A stretch of 64,000 nt of DNA from Thraustochytrium aureum (lineage: Eukaryota): NCBI GenBank assembly GCA_012862495.1, contig BLSG01000092.1, forward strand, positions 15,221-79,220, read 5' to 3'. Both the position numbers and the translations under genes were made by a program. The notes under the pieces were generated by a model that saw only the letters and a list, made by a program, of their open reading frames with translations, made no database searches and was not told the DNA's origin. Each line of letters begins with the position of its first letter. Position 1 is the stretch's first letter. Shown here piece by piece: positions 38,362 to 49,946 of the stretch.

Positions 38362-41254
38362 GTGCGCGGCGCCGTCGTCGCGGCGGCGCCGTCGTCGCGG
38401 GCTCGCGGGCTCGCCGGGTTCGTTTGGCGCGGGCACGCCCCGCCATTTCGGTGGGCCGGTCGTGGTCCGCGAGGATGCTCGACAAGGCGAGCTTGACCCG
38501 CACGCGGACGCTGCGCGGCAGGCGGGGCCGGGGAAGCGCGGGGATGGGCGAGTCGTGGCGGAGGCCGTCGTGCGGCCGAAGATGGATGGGAGCGGGTGGG
38601 AGATGGTGCCGAAGGTCGACGCTGGCACGTGTGTGACCAAGCTTGTTGTCCAGGCGGTTGGGACGCATGTCGGTGTGCCGCACGGGGCAGGGCTTCGGGC
38701 GCTGATCGAGGCTGTTGGCGACGTGGAGGAGGTCGATCTCGCGCTCCTGAGGCTCCCCTCGCGCGAGTTCTTCCGGGACGTTCTCGGGCCACTCGCGAGC
38801 AAACCGAGCTTGAGCGCGGTCAAGTTGGACGGGGCGCTCTGCTTTGTGCACTCGGCGCCGCTGATGCGCGCTGGCGCTTGCCAGCGACTGCAAGCGGGCC
38901 AGCTTTTGCCAATCGAGCGGATGGCAGTCACCTCGGCGTGGGCGACGTGGTCCTTCCCGCTGGCCGCTCGCACGGGCAAGTGGCTGTTCGGCGTTGCGCT
39001 CGACCTGCGCGGCGAGGGGGCCTGCTCGGTCGAGATCGGCTTTGTGATTCCCGCAGGCGCGCCGCGGCCCGTCGCGCGCTGGGCGCTTGACCCGGAAAAC
39101 GGGCTCGTCCCCTTGACGTCCAGCTCCGCCTCCTGGCCAGGGGCAGGCCTGACGCCTAGCTGGACGCTGCGCATAGGCTCTGCTGACAGGATCGCAGTGC
39201 GCGTGGGCGGGGTCAGCATGCTCGTCATCCAAGTCACCATCGATTGCGACTCCGGTCGCGTCACCTTTTACGCCGACGGGGAGCAGCTTGGCGCGGTAAA
39301 CGTTGACGCCGGCCTTGTCAGCGTCGGCGAGGGGATCACGCCACTTGTTGCCGCCTCTCGCGGGGCCAAGCTCCAGGTCTCCGCCCAGACCACGATGGCC
39401 TTCCCGAACGCCACTTTTGCAGCGTGCCAGCGCGTGCGGGACGACCTGCTGCAGCAAGGGTTCCGCCCGTTCGCGTTGGCCACCGCCGAGCCAGACGAGA
39501 TCGCCCATGCATGGGGCGTGGCCTCGGCGTGCTTTAAGCGCGTCAGCCATGTTGCGGTGTCCAATCTCACGGCCATCACGCAGAGCCACGTCTTTCGCGC
39601 CCTGGACAGGCTTGTAACCTTGGACCTGAGCGGCGCCAGAGCTGGAGACGCACGGTTCGCTTCGCTATGCAGTTGCCTTGCGCGGATCAAGGCGTCCTCT
39701 TCGCTAAAGGCCCTCTTGCTGGACGACAATGGGATTTCGGACCTCGAGCCCCTGCTCGACTTGTTGCGCTCAAAACCAGGGCGCAGACTCGCAAAGCTGC
39801 ACCTCAGCGGCAACCTGCTTGGCCCTGCTGCCGCGGCCGGCCTGGCTGAGGCCCTCGCCACCAGTGCCGTGTGCGTCACGGACCTCGCCCTTGCTCGCAA
39901 CCGGCTCAGAGTCCCCGGGCTCGCTGCTGTGCTTGACGGGCTTGCGTCGGGGCCAGAAGCGCTCAAGGCGATTCGCGCGCTTGATCTCGCGGCCAACATG
40001 CCCGCCCCAGGCTCTCCAGGAGCCGACCTGGACGACGACCTCGAGCCTGGCATGGGCGCGAATTCTGCCGACCTCCGGATCGCGCTGCACGCTGTCTTAC
40101 GCGATTCGAAGATCGAGGTCCTCAACCTCTCGCACAACTGGATCGCGCTCTCTGAGGGGCCGAGCAGCGTCTTTTCGAGGCCGTCGCGAGCGAGCGGGCA
40201 CTCGCGCGGCGGCCCAGAAAGGAGCTCTCATGATGATGCCACTGACATGAGCGCTGCGGCCACATTGAGAGACTTTCGGGCTGTTGGAACGGCGTCTCTG
40301 AGCGGAGCTATCCTCGCGACCCTTGAGCGCGCTGCGACCTGCTCGCTGCAGCGGCTCGAGCTCTCCGCGGCAGATTTCGTTGGAGAAGCGTTTGTCAACG
40401 CGGTTTCCACCGTCGAGAGCCTCTCGGTAGACTTTTCCGAGCGCCCTGCGAGTATCGCGCCGAGCTCGCAGCGCGCGCCGCTCGAGCCGCAAAACGCTCG
40501 ATGGGCTTCGTTGATCTGCTCGATCACCTCATGTACAGGTCGAAAACTTCGACACAGCCGACGTGCTCGAGCCTGGAGCTCACAGCAGCCGACTTTGACC
40601 AGGACGCGGCCGAGTCGCTCGCGCTCCTGCTCCAACGCCCCAATACGCAGCTGGGCCGCCTTTGCCTCTACGGGTGCACCGGCGGTGCCCTTGCTCGCGC
40701 GGCCTGCGGTCCTCGGCTCAAGCACGTCGAGCTCGTCGGGTGCGGGCTCGGGCAAGGTCGCTTGCTGGAGGGGTTCGCAGAGTCGCTCGTCCACATGCCA
40801 GCGCTCGAGCGGCTGGGGCTTCGGGGAAACGGAATCGACGGGGGCGGACTCCGGATGCTCTTGCTGACCGGGAGCGAAACGCCAGCGCCGCGCGTCCTCG
40901 GGGCCATGCTGCGGCAAGTCGACCTCAGCGAGAACCCGATCCCGACCGCGGCCCTGGCGCACGCTTTTGAGGCTCTCAAGGAGAATACCACAATCCGCCG
41001 CCTCGCGTTGAGCGCGTCGCTGGGGCTCTGCACGCCGGTGCCGGCGCCCCCTGACGAGGACTCGATGGTAGCAGGGTTGCTCGCCCAGTTCCTCGAGCTG
41101 GATTCGGTAGATGCGCGAAGGGACCTGATCTGCGACCTGTTTCTCCGGCGGCAGTCTTCGGAGCTCGCCCACGGCGGGCGAGCCCGCTCGCGGTCTGGAT
41201 CTCGAGGCGCACTCTCCGCCGTGGCCGCCAAGGTCGTGGGGCGGCGTCGCCGCC

Positions 41255-41287
<33 letters not shown>

Positions 41288-44200
41288 CTTCGCGCGTTGA
41301 AGTGAGCCACCTCGGGCACTGTTGGTTGGCGGCAGAGCGCCTGCGCCCAGTCGTGCTCGTGTGCCTGGACTGGGTGCTTCAGAACGACGAGGCGGTCACC
41401 CTCGTGGGCGACCTTGTGGTCGGGAGCCGGTCGAGCGTCGGCCTCGCAGCGACCGCGCGGTTCCCGTTCTCTCGCGTCCAAGGAGACTTGGTGCTGTGTG
41501 CGGTCGACAGTTTTGTTGACGCGAGCGCTGTGCGCAGCGTGGAGGGCGCCTTTGTAATCAGCGGCCAGGCGTCATCTCCGACGCTTTGCGCCGACTACCT
41601 AGAGGCCGGCCAGGCGCTGGTTGTGCGCGAAGTTGCCATCAGGTCGCTCCCGGCCAAAATTCGAACGGGCGTGCTCGCCGTGGGAGGCTGCGCGGACCTT
41701 CGCGCGCTTCCGCCAGACCTCCAAGCCCGCCATGTTATCCTTGACGACTTGCAGCTGGCTAGCTTGCCGGGGACCCGCCCTCAAGACCGCACCGTGGCGT
41801 GCAACAAGTTTGATTTGCAGCGCGCAGAGCGGCGCGTCCGCATCCCGATGCAGGTTGACAACACGCGCTGGGCCGGGCTGCGCAGCCTCGAAATCTCCAA
41901 TTGTCCTTTGGTGGAGGCCCTTCCTGCCGGCCTGACGCTCACAAACCTCACGCTCTGCTCGCTGCCTACGTTTGCGTTTGAGACCCAGTCGCCCGGCTTT
42001 CTTTCGGTGGATGGGTCCCTCACGCTCGTGGACCTCCCCTGGGTGGCGAGGCTGCCCGCTGGCATCACGGCGCTCGACGAGCTGGTCATCGCAGAGTGCC
42101 CTCGGCTTGGCAGGCTTTCCCCCACGCTAGTCGTTCGCAGCGTTCTGGACGTTCGACAGTGCCCGATCCGGTTTTTGCCGGGGCGCCGGCATGCTCCGCC
42201 TTGCTGGGGGCAAGCTTTTGCTGGAAGAACTGCCGCGCCTCGAGAGCCTACCGGCGAGCCTTGAGCCCGATGTTATCATTTTGCGGCTCCTGTGCAACCT
42301 TTCCAGCGCCGTGCCAGTGCCCGCGAGCGAGCTCGAGATTTGCTGGTGCCCGCGCGTGCGCGAGTTGCGGTGGCCGCACACTCGCCGGTCTGGCCCGAAA
42401 GGCGCTCCCGCGCTTGGGCTTCGGCGCCTGCACTTGGAGGCCAACGCGAGCCTCGAGTGGCTGGCGCCTCTGGCATCCAACGGTTCTGCACAAGAGGGCT
42501 ACCCCGTGATGATGCGCCCCGGGCCAGACACTAGCGTGACGCTATGTACATGCCCGCTCCTGAGGAGCGTCCCCGTTGCTGCTGGCCGCGTGGGGTCTCT
42601 AGAAATCGATTCGTGCGACGCGATCGAAGAACTGGACGGCGGCGCTGCCTCCCGGTGCCTGACCGTGTTGAGCTGTGCCGGGCTCGAGCGCATCACCGGG
42701 CCGGTCGTTGCCGTCGAGGAGCTCGAGCTTGAGATGCTGTCGGCGCTCGAACGGGTCCCAGCCCTCCAGGTTGGGCGATCGGTGTCGCTGCGCTGGATCC
42801 CGCTCTTGCGCGAGATCGGCAACCTTGGAGTGCCGGAAGGTCAGCAAGAGCTCGAAACGGCGTTTCTGAGCGGGCTCGGGATCGTCCGCACGCCCGCCGC
42901 GCTTCGTGCGCGTATGGCGACCATTTCGTACTGCCCGAACTTGGTCGCGCTCGGGGCGGGGTTGAGCGTCTCGCAGGCGCTTCGCCTGGACCAGCTGCCA
43001 CGACTCGTCGGGTTCCCGGGCTCGGCGCGGGCTGCTGGCTCCGTTGTGATTACAGAGTGCCGCGCTTTGACAGACATCCCCGAAGGGACTATAGCGGCTG
43101 GGTCGACAGTGGCGATCGGAGGGCTCGGCGCGCAGGGCTGGGCGTTGCAGGCCCTGCGAAGCAGGCTCGAGAGCGAAGGCGTCGAGCTCGAGGTGCCAAG
43201 GTACGCACACGCCGCGCCANNNNNNNNNNNNNNNNNNNNNNNNNNNNNNNNNNNNNNNNNNNNNNNNNNNNNNNNNNNNNNNNNNNNNNNNNNNNNNNNN
43301 NNNNNNNNNNNNNNNNNNNNNNNNNNNNNNNNNNNNNNNNNNNNNNNNNNNNNNNNNNNNNNNNNNNNNNNNNNNNNNNNNNNNNNNNNNNNNNNNNNNN
43401 NNNNNNNNNNNNNNNNNNNNNNNNNNNNNNNNNNNNNNNNNNNNNNNNNNNNNNNNNNNNNNNNNNNNNNNNNNNNNNNNNNNNNNNNNNNNNNNNNNNN
43501 NNNNNNNNNNNNNNNNNNNNNNNNNNNNNNNNNNNNNNNNNNNNNNNNNNNNNNNNNAGGCTGCCTTGGCGTTTTGGACCGCGCTTGCCGCGGGGACTGG
43601 TCGCTCGATGCCTCGCGGCTGGAGGCCGCGCTCGAGCGCGGCGACCACGCGGGCCTGCTCATGTTCCTGCGCAAGCTCGCGGCCTCCAAGGAGGGTAAAC
43701 AGCCAGGCACAAACCAGGGGCCTCGCGGCGCGGGTGGTCGAGGTGCTCGATGTCGTCTCCACCACGAGCGAGCGCTCGGTGCGGCGCGAAATCCTGTTGC
43801 GCGTCAACGACAGCGTGGACGCGTGCCACGACAAGCCCATCTGGGCCCTGAACCAGGTCCAGCAGCTCGTGCAGTCCGTTGCGGCTCGAGGAGACCGGGC
43901 CAAGCTCAAGGCCCTTGGCCGCGCCGTCATGCGGCTCGAGATAGTGCACAAGCACGCGCGTGCCCTCCTCGCGGCGCTGGACCCCGACACCGACGACGTC
44001 TGCGTTTTCCTCAGCTTTGAGATAGACCTGCGCGAGCGGCTCGAGCTGCCGGTGTCTGCCCAGGCGATGTGGTTCCCCAACGTTGTACAGATTCCGCCCG
44101 AAGCGCTTGACGCGGCGTGTGAGGAGGCGCTCGCAGTGAGCGAGAGCAGCTTTGAGGCGTGGCTCGTGTCTTGGCCCGAGTGGCAACGGCAGCTCCGCAC

Positions 44201-44447
44201 GGAGGCAGCCGCAGAGATTGACTTTGCCTCGCTGCCGCGCGGCCAGCTCAACAAGCGGCTCTCGGGTGTGCCGACCTCGTTTGCGGGCGACGAGCTGCGC
44301 GAGCCGGTGCTGGTGGGCCAGGCCGGGCCGTACGAGCTTGGCGAGCTCCTGGACCGCTGGGTGGAGACAGGGATGGACTTCAACAACGTGCCGTGGACCG
44401 CAGACTTGGCGGCGTTCCGAGCCGCGCTGCGCGGCCTCGACCTCTGA
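38362..44447 (+). CDS. SPRY + RI-type LRR + second LRR block + NEL (IpaH/SspH-like) E3 ligase domain + U-box-like C-terminus; 5' end in gap; frameshifted
   Basis: SPRY-like GKWLFGV..VEIGF..IDCDSGRVTFY.DG..TPLV (~38940-39380); RI LRRs LKALLLDDNGISD, LAKLHLSGNLLG, LERLGLRGNGIDG; LxxLxIxxCxxLxxLP repeats (41650-43100); NEL FLRKL..V.EVLD..ACHDK..RL..DDVCVFLSF..LRERLELPV..MWF..W..WQ (43560-44200). Confidence 0.8.
41256..41287 (+). repeat. (AGC)n trinucleotide repeat inside the CDS
   Basis: About 10 tandem AGC units. Confidence 0.9.
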
Positions 44448-44696
44448 GAGCAGCTGCGAGAGCGATTCCCTTNNNNNNNNNNNNNNNNNNNNNNNNNNNN
44501 NNNNNNNNNNNNNNNNNNNNNNNNNNNNNNNNNNNNNNNNNNNNNNNNNNNNNNNNNNNNNNNNNNNNNNNNNNNNNNNNNNNNNNNNNNNNNNNCGAGA
44601 GCGATTCCCTTCGAATAGCATGCTACTCTATCGTGTAATTTGCTAACGTGTTTACTACTCACCCTACCGACCCGACCTCGCTACTAGCCGCCCTGC

Positions 44697-45352
44697 TCAC
44701 CTCAGGGCGTGCAAGAACCGCTGGCGGTACAGCGGGTCGTGCGCCTTGTGCTCGTGGGGCGCGGGCGCGTCGAGCTCGTGGCGGATGGAGCGAAGCTTGC
44801 GGACGTGGAACCAGGCCGCCCTGATCATCGACTTGAGGTGCCCGTTCCCCAGCAAGTGCGCCACGCACCACTCGCGCCGCAGCAAGTGCCTGGCCCTCCG
44901 CAGGTGCCCGCGCTGCATGGCGTTGTACGCAAGGTGGATGCGGCACTGGCAGGCAAGCGCCTGGTCGCCGAGCCTGTGCGCAATGCGCAGCTGCTTCCTC
45001 GCCATCAGCTCTGCGGCGTCAATCTGCTTGCACAGAAAGTGCCCGCCCCCGAGCGTGGAAACGTACGCATTCGCCGTCACCAGGCCGATGTGAAGGTTGA
45101 GCACCGTGGCCACGCGCTCATCCCAAGCGAGCGCGCCCCACGTGACCGGCTGCATCCACGCCGCGGCGCCCAGCTCCACAACAACGAGGCCCAGCCGCCC
45201 GTCCCCGCCTTCCTGCAGCCCGTCCTCGCCCAGCCCAAACGACCGCAGCCTCCATCCGCGTACCGCCGCGCACGGCCTCGCCCTCCGCAGCTCGCCTCCC
45301 TCCGTGCCAGCAGCCGCCGGCGTCCACGTGCCGAGCCATCCTCGCGCGTCCT
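44697..45352 (-). CDS. DUF4807-like TPR-helical protein (5' end in gap)
   Basis: W..STLGGG..A..QL.IA..LGD..L..C..H.AY..Q.G pattern resembles DUF4807 (C. elegans F58A4.6-like). Confidence 0.55.
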
Positions 45353-46247
45353 NNNNNNNNNNNNNNNNNNNNNNNNNNNNNNNNNNNNNNNNNNNNNNNN
45401 NNNNNNNNNNNNNNNNNNNNNNNNNNNNNNNNNNNNNNNNNNNNNNNNNNNNNNNNNNNNNNNNNNNNNNNNNNNNNNNNNNNNNNNNNNNNNNNNNNNN
45501 NNNNNNNNNNNNNNNNNNNNNNNNNNNNNNNNNNNNNNNNNNNNNNNNNNNNNNNNNNNNNNNNNNNNNNNNNNNNNNNNNNNNNNNNNNNNNNNNNNNN
45601 NNNNNNNNNNNNNNNNNNNNNNNNNNNNNNNNNNNNNNNNNNNNNNNNNNNNNNNNNNNNNNNNNNNNNNNNNNNNNNNNNNNNNNNNNNNNNNNNNNNN
45701 NNNNNNNNNNNNNNNNNNNNNNNNNNNNNNNNNNNNNNNNNNNNNNNNNNNNNNNNNNNNNNNNNNNNNNNNNNNNNNNNNNNNNNNNNNNNNNNNNNNN
45801 NNNNNNNNNNNNNNNNNNNNNNNNNNNNNNNNNNNNNNNNNNNNNNNNNNNNNNNNNNNNNNNNNNNNNNNNNNNNNNNNNNNNNNNNNNNNNNNNNNNN
45901 NNNNNNNNNNNNNNNNNNNNNNNNNNNNNNNNNNNNNNNNNNNNNNNNNNNNNNNNNNNNNNNNNNNNNNNNNNNNNNNNNNNNNNNNNNNNNNNNNNNN
46001 NNNNNNNNNNNNNNNNNNNNNNNNNNNNNNNNNNNNNNNNNNNNNNNNNNNNNNNNNNNNNNNNNNNNNNNNNNNNNNNNNNNNNNNNNNNNNNNNNNNN
46101 NGTGGCGGGCGGGACCGTCCTCGCACGAGGCTGAACGGGGCGCTCGGAATCGGCAGGCGCACTCGTGAAGCGCAGCGCATTTCGACGCCTCGCGGGCCGT
46201 TGCAAGCGAGAAGCGCACGCCGGCCCAGCGCCAAAGAGGGTGAGAGG

Positions 46248-48908
46248 CTAGAGCAGCACGACTTCGCCCGCGTCGGTCTGGCCGTCCTGCAGGCGGGCAC
46301 CAAACGTGCGGCCAGTGACGGCCTGGGTCTCCTTGAGGACATCGCGCAGCTCGATCTGCTTTGTCTGGATCTCCCGGAGGAGCTCCCGCGCGAGCTGGAC
46401 TCGGTAGAGGTTGGGCAGCATATCCTTGTACGCGCGCGCGAGGATGACTGCGAGGACGTTGAAAATAATGAGGGCGATGAAGAAAAAGAAAGCGTCCCAC
46501 AACCCTTTGGTTGTGCAGAGCTCGCGCACGGCGAATCCAAAGTCGGTCCCGATGGACTCGCACGCTGTGAGGCCGACAATCGGCGCGTAGAGGTCGGTCG
46601 AACGGTACAGGTCGACTGCGGGCAGGCTCGAGTTGCACAAATCTAGCGCCGAGTCCGGGCTGGAGAGAACATCATAGTGTCTCAGGTTTGCCTGCAGGAG
46701 GGCGTTGCTGTACGGGTTGAATGTGGTACCCGAGAAGGAGCAGGACGATATGAACGCCGCCACGTTGAACTGCGACACGAGCTCGTTGTCGTTGTAGGCG
46801 ACCTTGTACGGGTAGCGGAACATGTAAATAGCAGCCGCGATCTGCTCCTCTGGCGGACTCTGGATGCTAGCCACACTCGTGTTGGCTAGCAGCATGCTCG
46901 GCGAGGAGCACAGGTCGCTGGCAAAGGTCAACACAGCGGCGGCAACGGCCAGCACGATCCAAGTCAAGAAGCAGGCGACCACTAGAATCGGGCGCAACTT
47001 GCTGCCGAGGTGGTAGCTCATTCGCGTACAGACGATCTTCTCCTTGCCCCACTTGAACGTGCAGTACGTGAGCAACAGCGAGAGGATCGCAAAGGCAATC
47101 ACAATCGCCAAAAGCAGCACGAGGCACACCCAGGTGATTTCGATCCACGACGTGTACGTCTCAAAGTCGTCAAGCTCGGCCACGACGACATTGATCGGAT
47201 CGACGAGCGCGACATAGCTCTCCAGGAACGCTGCCTCTTGCTGAAGCGACGCCAGATCAGCCGCAGAAAAGAACGCCCCGCACTCTGCCTCGACGTCCAA
47301 AACGGCGTCAAGGGCGGCAGCACTTCGCTGCTCTGCGTCTGTAAAGCTTCGCACGACTCCCTCGCTCATTCTCAGCAGGCTCCGAACGGTCTGCCGAAAC
47401 TCGCCGCTGAGGAAAATGCCGATCGGCGTCACTGCGAGCGTGCTGGACATCAGCACCAGCAGTAAGATGCGCACGCGAAAGCCGCTTGGCATCAGCGCGG
47501 CCTTGAGCTTGGCCTTGAGGCCCATAATGTCTGTGCGAAGCCGCTGCGCTTTGAACCGCCGCCTGGTCAGGGTGGCGCGATCAGTGATGTTGCGGACGAA
47601 TTGCCGCGTGCTCGACAGGGAGTGAAGGTGAGTGCCGCGACCGCCTCGCGACCGAGCCGCCGCGGTCGCCGGACCTGTTTGAGAGCGGGCCGGTTGCTCC
47701 GCGGCGCGGCCTGCCTGGCCGTCCGTTAGCGGGACCATCTCGACGTCAGCCCCAGCATGCGCCTGATACCCGCTTTGGCCTGCGTCTAGTGCCAACCTTT
47801 GCGTGCCTTGCTCGTTCGCCACCGCGTCAGCTTGAGCGCAGGCGGCATCTGCAGAGCTAGGCCGTTCCGACGGAGACGCATCTGCCTCGCTCAGCGGCGC
47901 GGGCCAAGGAGGGGAGCCAGCCCCGTACGGGTCCGCGGGGCGCACGGTTTGGCAGCACGGCGCGCAAATCCCGCAAAGCAGCACGGCGCAAAACCCACCG
48001 TGAACCTGCCCGAGGAGCGCGGCCTCCTCGCTGCTCTGGCCGCAGCATGACCGGCAGCAAGGAGAACACCGCCCGCAAGCGCGGCAAAACTTGGACATGC
48101 GCTTTACAGAAAAACAGGCTGTGAACCACGGGTTGCAGATGCAGATCAGGGCCGCGATGATCAGGAACGGGACGCCCGTGAAAGCGACGCCCTCCGCGTA
48201 GGCGGTCCAGTTCGGGGTGCTTGGGTACTGAAACAAATTCGTCCTGTTGAAGAGCCTTGGAAACTGGTGAAACACCGGAACGAACCAAGGCGTTAAGAAG
48301 ATCGTGTCGGTCTGGCAGTTTAATACAAACCAGCCCACGTCGGAGACAACGACCGAGGACTGGTTGAACGCCGAGGCGTTCCAGTTTTCAATCAGACCGG
48401 ACTCCACGCTCACTGTGCCCGTAAAATTGTACGCCGTGTTCGAGAACTCTAGCACATCATTCTCGTACAGCACGAATGAATCGAACGACGGGTCGTACCC
48501 AGAGACGTTCCCGTACGTCACAATCGGAACGGCCAACAGGTCTGTGTACATCCAGCACTTCAAATTCAGATACCAGGTGCTCTGCTGCTGCCCTTGGGTT
48601 TCGTCGGCCCTGGAGAGGTCCACCAACGGCACTGCGAAGTCCTTTCCGCCGTCGTAGGCAGCTGCGAGAATGGGTATTTCCCCGCGAGACTGGCCCGTCT
48701 GCAACATGGGCGATGAAGGCCGAACGAGTACAGCCAACTCTTGTGGCCCAAGGCCGCCCGATATCGTAGAGGTCGTGATTGGCAAGGACTGGAGAGGCAC
48801 GTTTCGATCTGCGATACCATACGCGACCTGCGGCAGGTAGTCCCTGAATATCCCTTCCGCGAGACTGGGCGACGCATAGTCAACGGCGGGGGCGGCAGGT
48901 CGATCCAT
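46248..48908 (-). CDS. Tweety (TTYH)-like five-TM membrane protein with a long N-terminal luminal extension; true start may lie upstream
   Basis: Five hydrophobic helices in TTYH spacing; TM4 followed by SDLC..P; C..I..ELC..GLW before TM5; glycosylated N-terminal region; Cys-rich loop after TM1. Confidence 0.6.
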   Translation of the reverse strand: MDRPAAPAVDYASPSLAEGIFRDYLPQVAYGIADRNVPLQSLPITTSTISGGLGPQELAVLVRPSSPMLQTGQSRGEIPILAAAYDGGKDFAVPLVDLSRADETQGQQQSTWYLNLKCWMYTDLLAVPIVTYGNVSGYDPSFDSFVLYENDVLEFSNTAYNFTGTVSVESGLIENWNASAFNQSSVVVSDVGWFVLNCQTDTIFLTPWFVPVFHQFPRLFNRTNLFQYPSTPNWTAYAEGVAFTGVPFLIIAALICICNPWFTACFSVKRMSKFCRACGRCSPCCRSCCGQSSEEAALLGQVHGGFCAVLLCGICAPCCQTVRPADPYGAGSPPWPAPLSEADASPSERPSSADAACAQADAVANEQGTQRLALDAGQSGYQAHAGADVEMVPLTDGQAGRAAEQPARSQTGPATAAARSRGGRGTHLHSLSSTRQFVRNITDRATLTRRRFKAQRLRTDIMGLKAKLKAALMPSGFRVRILLLVLMSSTLAVTPIGIFLSGEFRQTVRSLLRMSEGVVRSFTDAEQRSAAALDAVLDVEAECGAFFSAADLASLQQEAAFLESYVALVDPINVVVAELDDFETYTSWIEITWVCLVLLLAIVIAFAILSLLLTYCTFKWGKEKIVCTRMSYHLGSKLRPILVVACFLTWIVLAVAAAVLTFASDLCSSPSMLLANTSVASIQSPPEEQIAAAIYMFRYPYKVAYNDNELVSQFNVAAFISSCSFSGTTFNPYSNALLQANLRHYDVLSSPDSALDLCNSSLPAVDLYRSTDLYAPIVGLTACESIGTDFGFAVRELCTTKGLWDAFFFFIALIIFNVLAVILARAYKDMLPNLYRVQLARELLREIQTKQIELRDVLKETQAVTGRTFGARLQDGQTDAGEVVLL

Positions 48909-49946
48909 TTCCGCGCGGTCCGTCCCGTCCGTCGGCCTGAGCCCAGCAAGCTGCGCACCGAGGGGTCCTTACCCCACGCGCGCCGTGGCNNNNNNNNNNN
49001 NNNNNNNNNNNNNNNNNNNNNNNNNNNNNNNNNNNNNNNNNNNNNNNNNNNNNNNNNNNNNNNNNNNNNNNNNNNNNNNNNNNNNNNNNNNNNNNNNNNN
49101 NNNNNNNNNNNNNNNNNNNNNNNNNNNNNNNNNNNNNNNNNNNNNNNNNNNNNNNNNNNNNNNNNNNNNNNNNNNNNNNNNNNNNNNNNNNNNNNNNNNN
49201 NNNNNNNNNNNNNNNNNNNNNNNNNNNNNNNNNNNNNNNNNNNNNNNNNNNNNNNNNNNNNNNNNNNNNNNNNNNNNNNNNNNNNNNNNNNNNNNNNNNN
49301 NNNNNNNNNNNNNNNNNNNNNNNNNNNNNNNNNNNNNNNNNNNNNNNNNNNNNNNNNNNNNNNNNNNNNNNNNNNNNNNNNNNNNNNNNNNNNNNNNNNN
49401 NNNNNNNNNNNNNNNNNNNNNNNNNNNNNNNNNNNNNNNNNNNNNNNNNNNNNNNNNNNNNNNNNNNNNNNNNNNNNNNNNNNNNNNNNNNNNNNNNNNN
49501 NNNNNNNNNNNNNNNNNNNNNNNNNNNNNNNNNNNNNNNNNNNNNNNNNNNNNNNNNNNNNNNNNNNNNNNNNNNNNNNNNNNNNNNNNNNNNNNNNNNN
49601 NNNNNNNNNNNNNNNNNNNNNNNNNNNNNNNNNNNNNNNNNNNNNNNNNNNNNNNNNNNNNNNNNNNNNNNNNNNNNNNNNNNNNNNNNNNNNNNNNNNN
49701 NNNNNNNNNNNNNNNNNNNNNNNNNNNNNNNNNNNNNNNNNNNNNNNNNNNNNNNNNNNNNNNNNNNNNNNNNNNNNNNNNNNNNNNNNNNNNNNNNNNN
49801 NNNNNNNNNNNNNNNNNNNNNNNNNNNNNNNNNNNNNNNNNNNNNNNNNNNNNNNNNNNNNNNNNNNNNNNNNNNNNNNNNNNNNNNNNNNNNNNNNNNN
49901 NNNNNNNNNNNNNNNNNNNNNNNNNNNNNNNNNNNNNNNNNNNNNN

